Under the pieces are notes generated by a model. That model had not been told where the DNA came from, ran no database searches, and was given only the letters and a program-made list of their open reading frames with translations. A stretch of DNA of 64,000 nt from an uncultured delta proteobacterium (GTDB lineage Bacteria > Desulfobacterota > RBG-13-43-22), in contig CAWIRY010000186.1 in NCBI GenBank assembly GCA_963838485.1, positions 6,159 through 70,158 on the forward strand. Reading direction: 5' to 3'. Shown here in pieces: positions 62,564-64,000 of this stretch; positions within the stretch are counted from its first letter, which is position 1, and every line of letters begins with the position of its first letter. The position numbers and the translations under genes are program-made.

Positions 62564-63925
62564 ATGGACTCCATTCGCCTGGCTGTTATTGATGACGAAC
62601 CCACGGTCTGCCAAAGGCTGAAACAGATATTTCGGAAAGGCCCTTTCGAGATAGAGACCTTTGGGGAGGGAACGTCGGCCCTGGCCCGGATGGATCAAAA
62701 ACCCTTTCACATCATCCTCTCGGATATCCGTCTGCCGGACATGGACGGACTGGAGATCCTCAATCGAATCAAAAAAAATTATCCTTCCACCGAGGTCATT
62801 CTCATAACCGGCTATGCCACCCTGGATCAGGCCGTGGAAGCGGTTAAAAAAGGGGCTTTTTATTATTTGGCCAAGCCCTTCACCCCCGACCAGGTCAGGG
62901 CCGTCGTCAAGCGGGCGGCAGAACTCTCAAAATTATCTTCCGAAAATAAACGGCTTCGGGAAGAAGTATTTCAAAAGATCCAATACGACGGGATTGTGGG
63001 TATCAGTTCCAAGATCAAAGATCTTTTGCAGGCCATCGGCAAGGTCTCTCAAATTGATTGTAATGTTCTGATCCAGGGAGAAAGCGGGACCGGCAAAGAG
63101 CTGGTGGCCCAGGCCGTCCATTTCAACAGTTCGCGACTTTCCGCCCCCTTTGTTGTTTTTAACTGCGGCGGATTTACCGAAGAGTTGATCGCCAATGAGC
63201 TTTTCGGGCATGAAAAAGGGGCCTTCACCGGGGCCGACTCCACCAAAATCGGGCTCATGGAGGCGGCCCAGGGCGGGACCCTTTTCATGGATGAAATCGG
63301 AGAGATGCCCCCGACCATGCAGGTCAAGCTCCTCCGGGTGATTCAGGAAAAAAAATTGCGTCGCTTGGGAAGCACCAGGCCCATTGACCTGGATATTCGC
63401 CTCATCAGCGCCACTAACCGGGAACTGGAAAAAGAGGTGGAACAGGGCCGCTTCCGCCAAGATCTTTTCTACCGTTTAAAGGTGGTCGCTCTAAAAGTCC
63501 CTCCCCTGAGGGAACGAAAAGAAGATATCCCCTTGCTGCTGAACCATTTTCTGATGAAATTCAATCAGGCCTACAAAAAGAAGGTCCAGGGTTTTTCCAG
63601 GGAGGTCCTGGAAACTCTGATGATCTATTCTTTCCCGGGTAATGTGCGGGAATTGGAGAATATCGTGGCCAGTGCCGTGGCCTTATCCGAGGGCGCCCTG
63701 ATCACCCCCGCCGACCTCCCCGAGGATTTGCGGCAATTCGAGGTGGAAACCTATGGGTCCTCAAAATGGCTTTCCTGGGAGGAAAACGAAAAGGAATATA
63801 TTCAGAAGATCCTGGAGGCCACGGAGCACAACAAAATAGAAGCGGCCCGCATTTTAAAGATGTCCCGTACCACCTTGTGGAGGAAGATTTTAAGATATGG
63901 GCTGGATAAGACCCCTGACAGTTAG
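62564..63925 (+). CDS. Sigma-54-dependent response regulator (NtrC family): REC, AAA+ and Fis-type HTH domains
   Basis: REC (..IILSDIRLPDMDG..KP), Walker A GESGTGKE, GAFTGA loop, ..FRQDLFYRL.., C-terminal HTH ..AARILKMSRTTLWRKI.. Confidence 0.9.
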   Translation: MDSIRLAVIDDEPTVCQRLKQIFRKGPFEIETFGEGTSALARMDQKPFHIILSDIRLPDMDGLEILNRIKKNYPSTEVILITGYATLDQAVEAVKKGAFYYLAKPFTPDQVRAVVKRAAELSKLSSENKRLREEVFQKIQYDGIVGISSKIKDLLQAIGKVSQIDCNVLIQGESGTGKELVAQAVHFNSSRLSAPFVVFNCGGFTEELIANELFGHEKGAFTGADSTKIGLMEAAQGGTLFMDEIGEMPPTMQVKLLRVIQEKKLRRLGSTRPIDLDIRLISATNRELEKEVEQGRFRQDLFYRLKVVALKVPPLRERKEDIPLLLNHFLMKFNQAYKKKVQGFSREVLETLMIYSFPGNVRELENIVASAVALSEGALITPADLPEDLRQFEVETYGSSKWLSWEENEKEYIQKILEATEHNKIEAARILKMSRTTLWRKILRYGLDKTPDS

Positions 63926-64000
63926 AATTTCTGTTAAACCCCCAGAAAACTCCCTGCTTAAGACCTCATGAATTCCCTTTCTTAACTCATCGTTCCATTA

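Overview
A 64-kb chromosomal window of roughly 50% GC. The gene content suggests a strictly anaerobic Gram-negative bacterium, possibly Desulfobacterota-like, but that is inference only.

In order, the window contains:
- a 2-oxoacid:ferredoxin oxidoreductase (OFOR) operon whose delta-type ferredoxin is fused to a GltD-like NAD(P)H flavoprotein
- a cluster of outer-membrane channel, MFS transporter, sulfatase-like protein and MBL-type alkylsulfatase
- two tandem P-type ATPases plus DedA and a flavoprotein
- DegP and a two-component system
- an alpha-glucan phosphorylase
- a solitary trpD preceded by a WWWW leader-peptide attenuator
- an OYE/FadH-like reductase
- an orphan glycyl-radical enzyme with its activase and a tandem PNPOx-like protein
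- an HTH / histidine kinase / REC-REC-HD-GYP / heme-c GGDEF signalling operon
- exopolysaccharide genes (methyltransferase, flippase, GT2)
- a UGSC-type selenoprotein gene with an in-frame TGA and a SECIS-like hairpin, next to a thioredoxin-fold protein
- one intact IS element
- plsC-rnj-ftsK-lolA
- an mlaFED operon with an unusual fourth gene
- pncA and a HIT protein
- a MarR-led cluster of molybdopterin, QueG-like, Fe-S and NMO genes
- tRNA-Arg(ACG), a PaaI thioesterase and an NtrC-type regulator

As assembled, at least six genes are split by single-base frameshifts and one by an in-frame TAG. Sequence quality versus real pseudogenisation must be resolved before these genes are interpreted.

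The intergenic regions carry several families of short palindromic MITE/REP-like repeats. No rRNA gene and no CRISPR array was seen.
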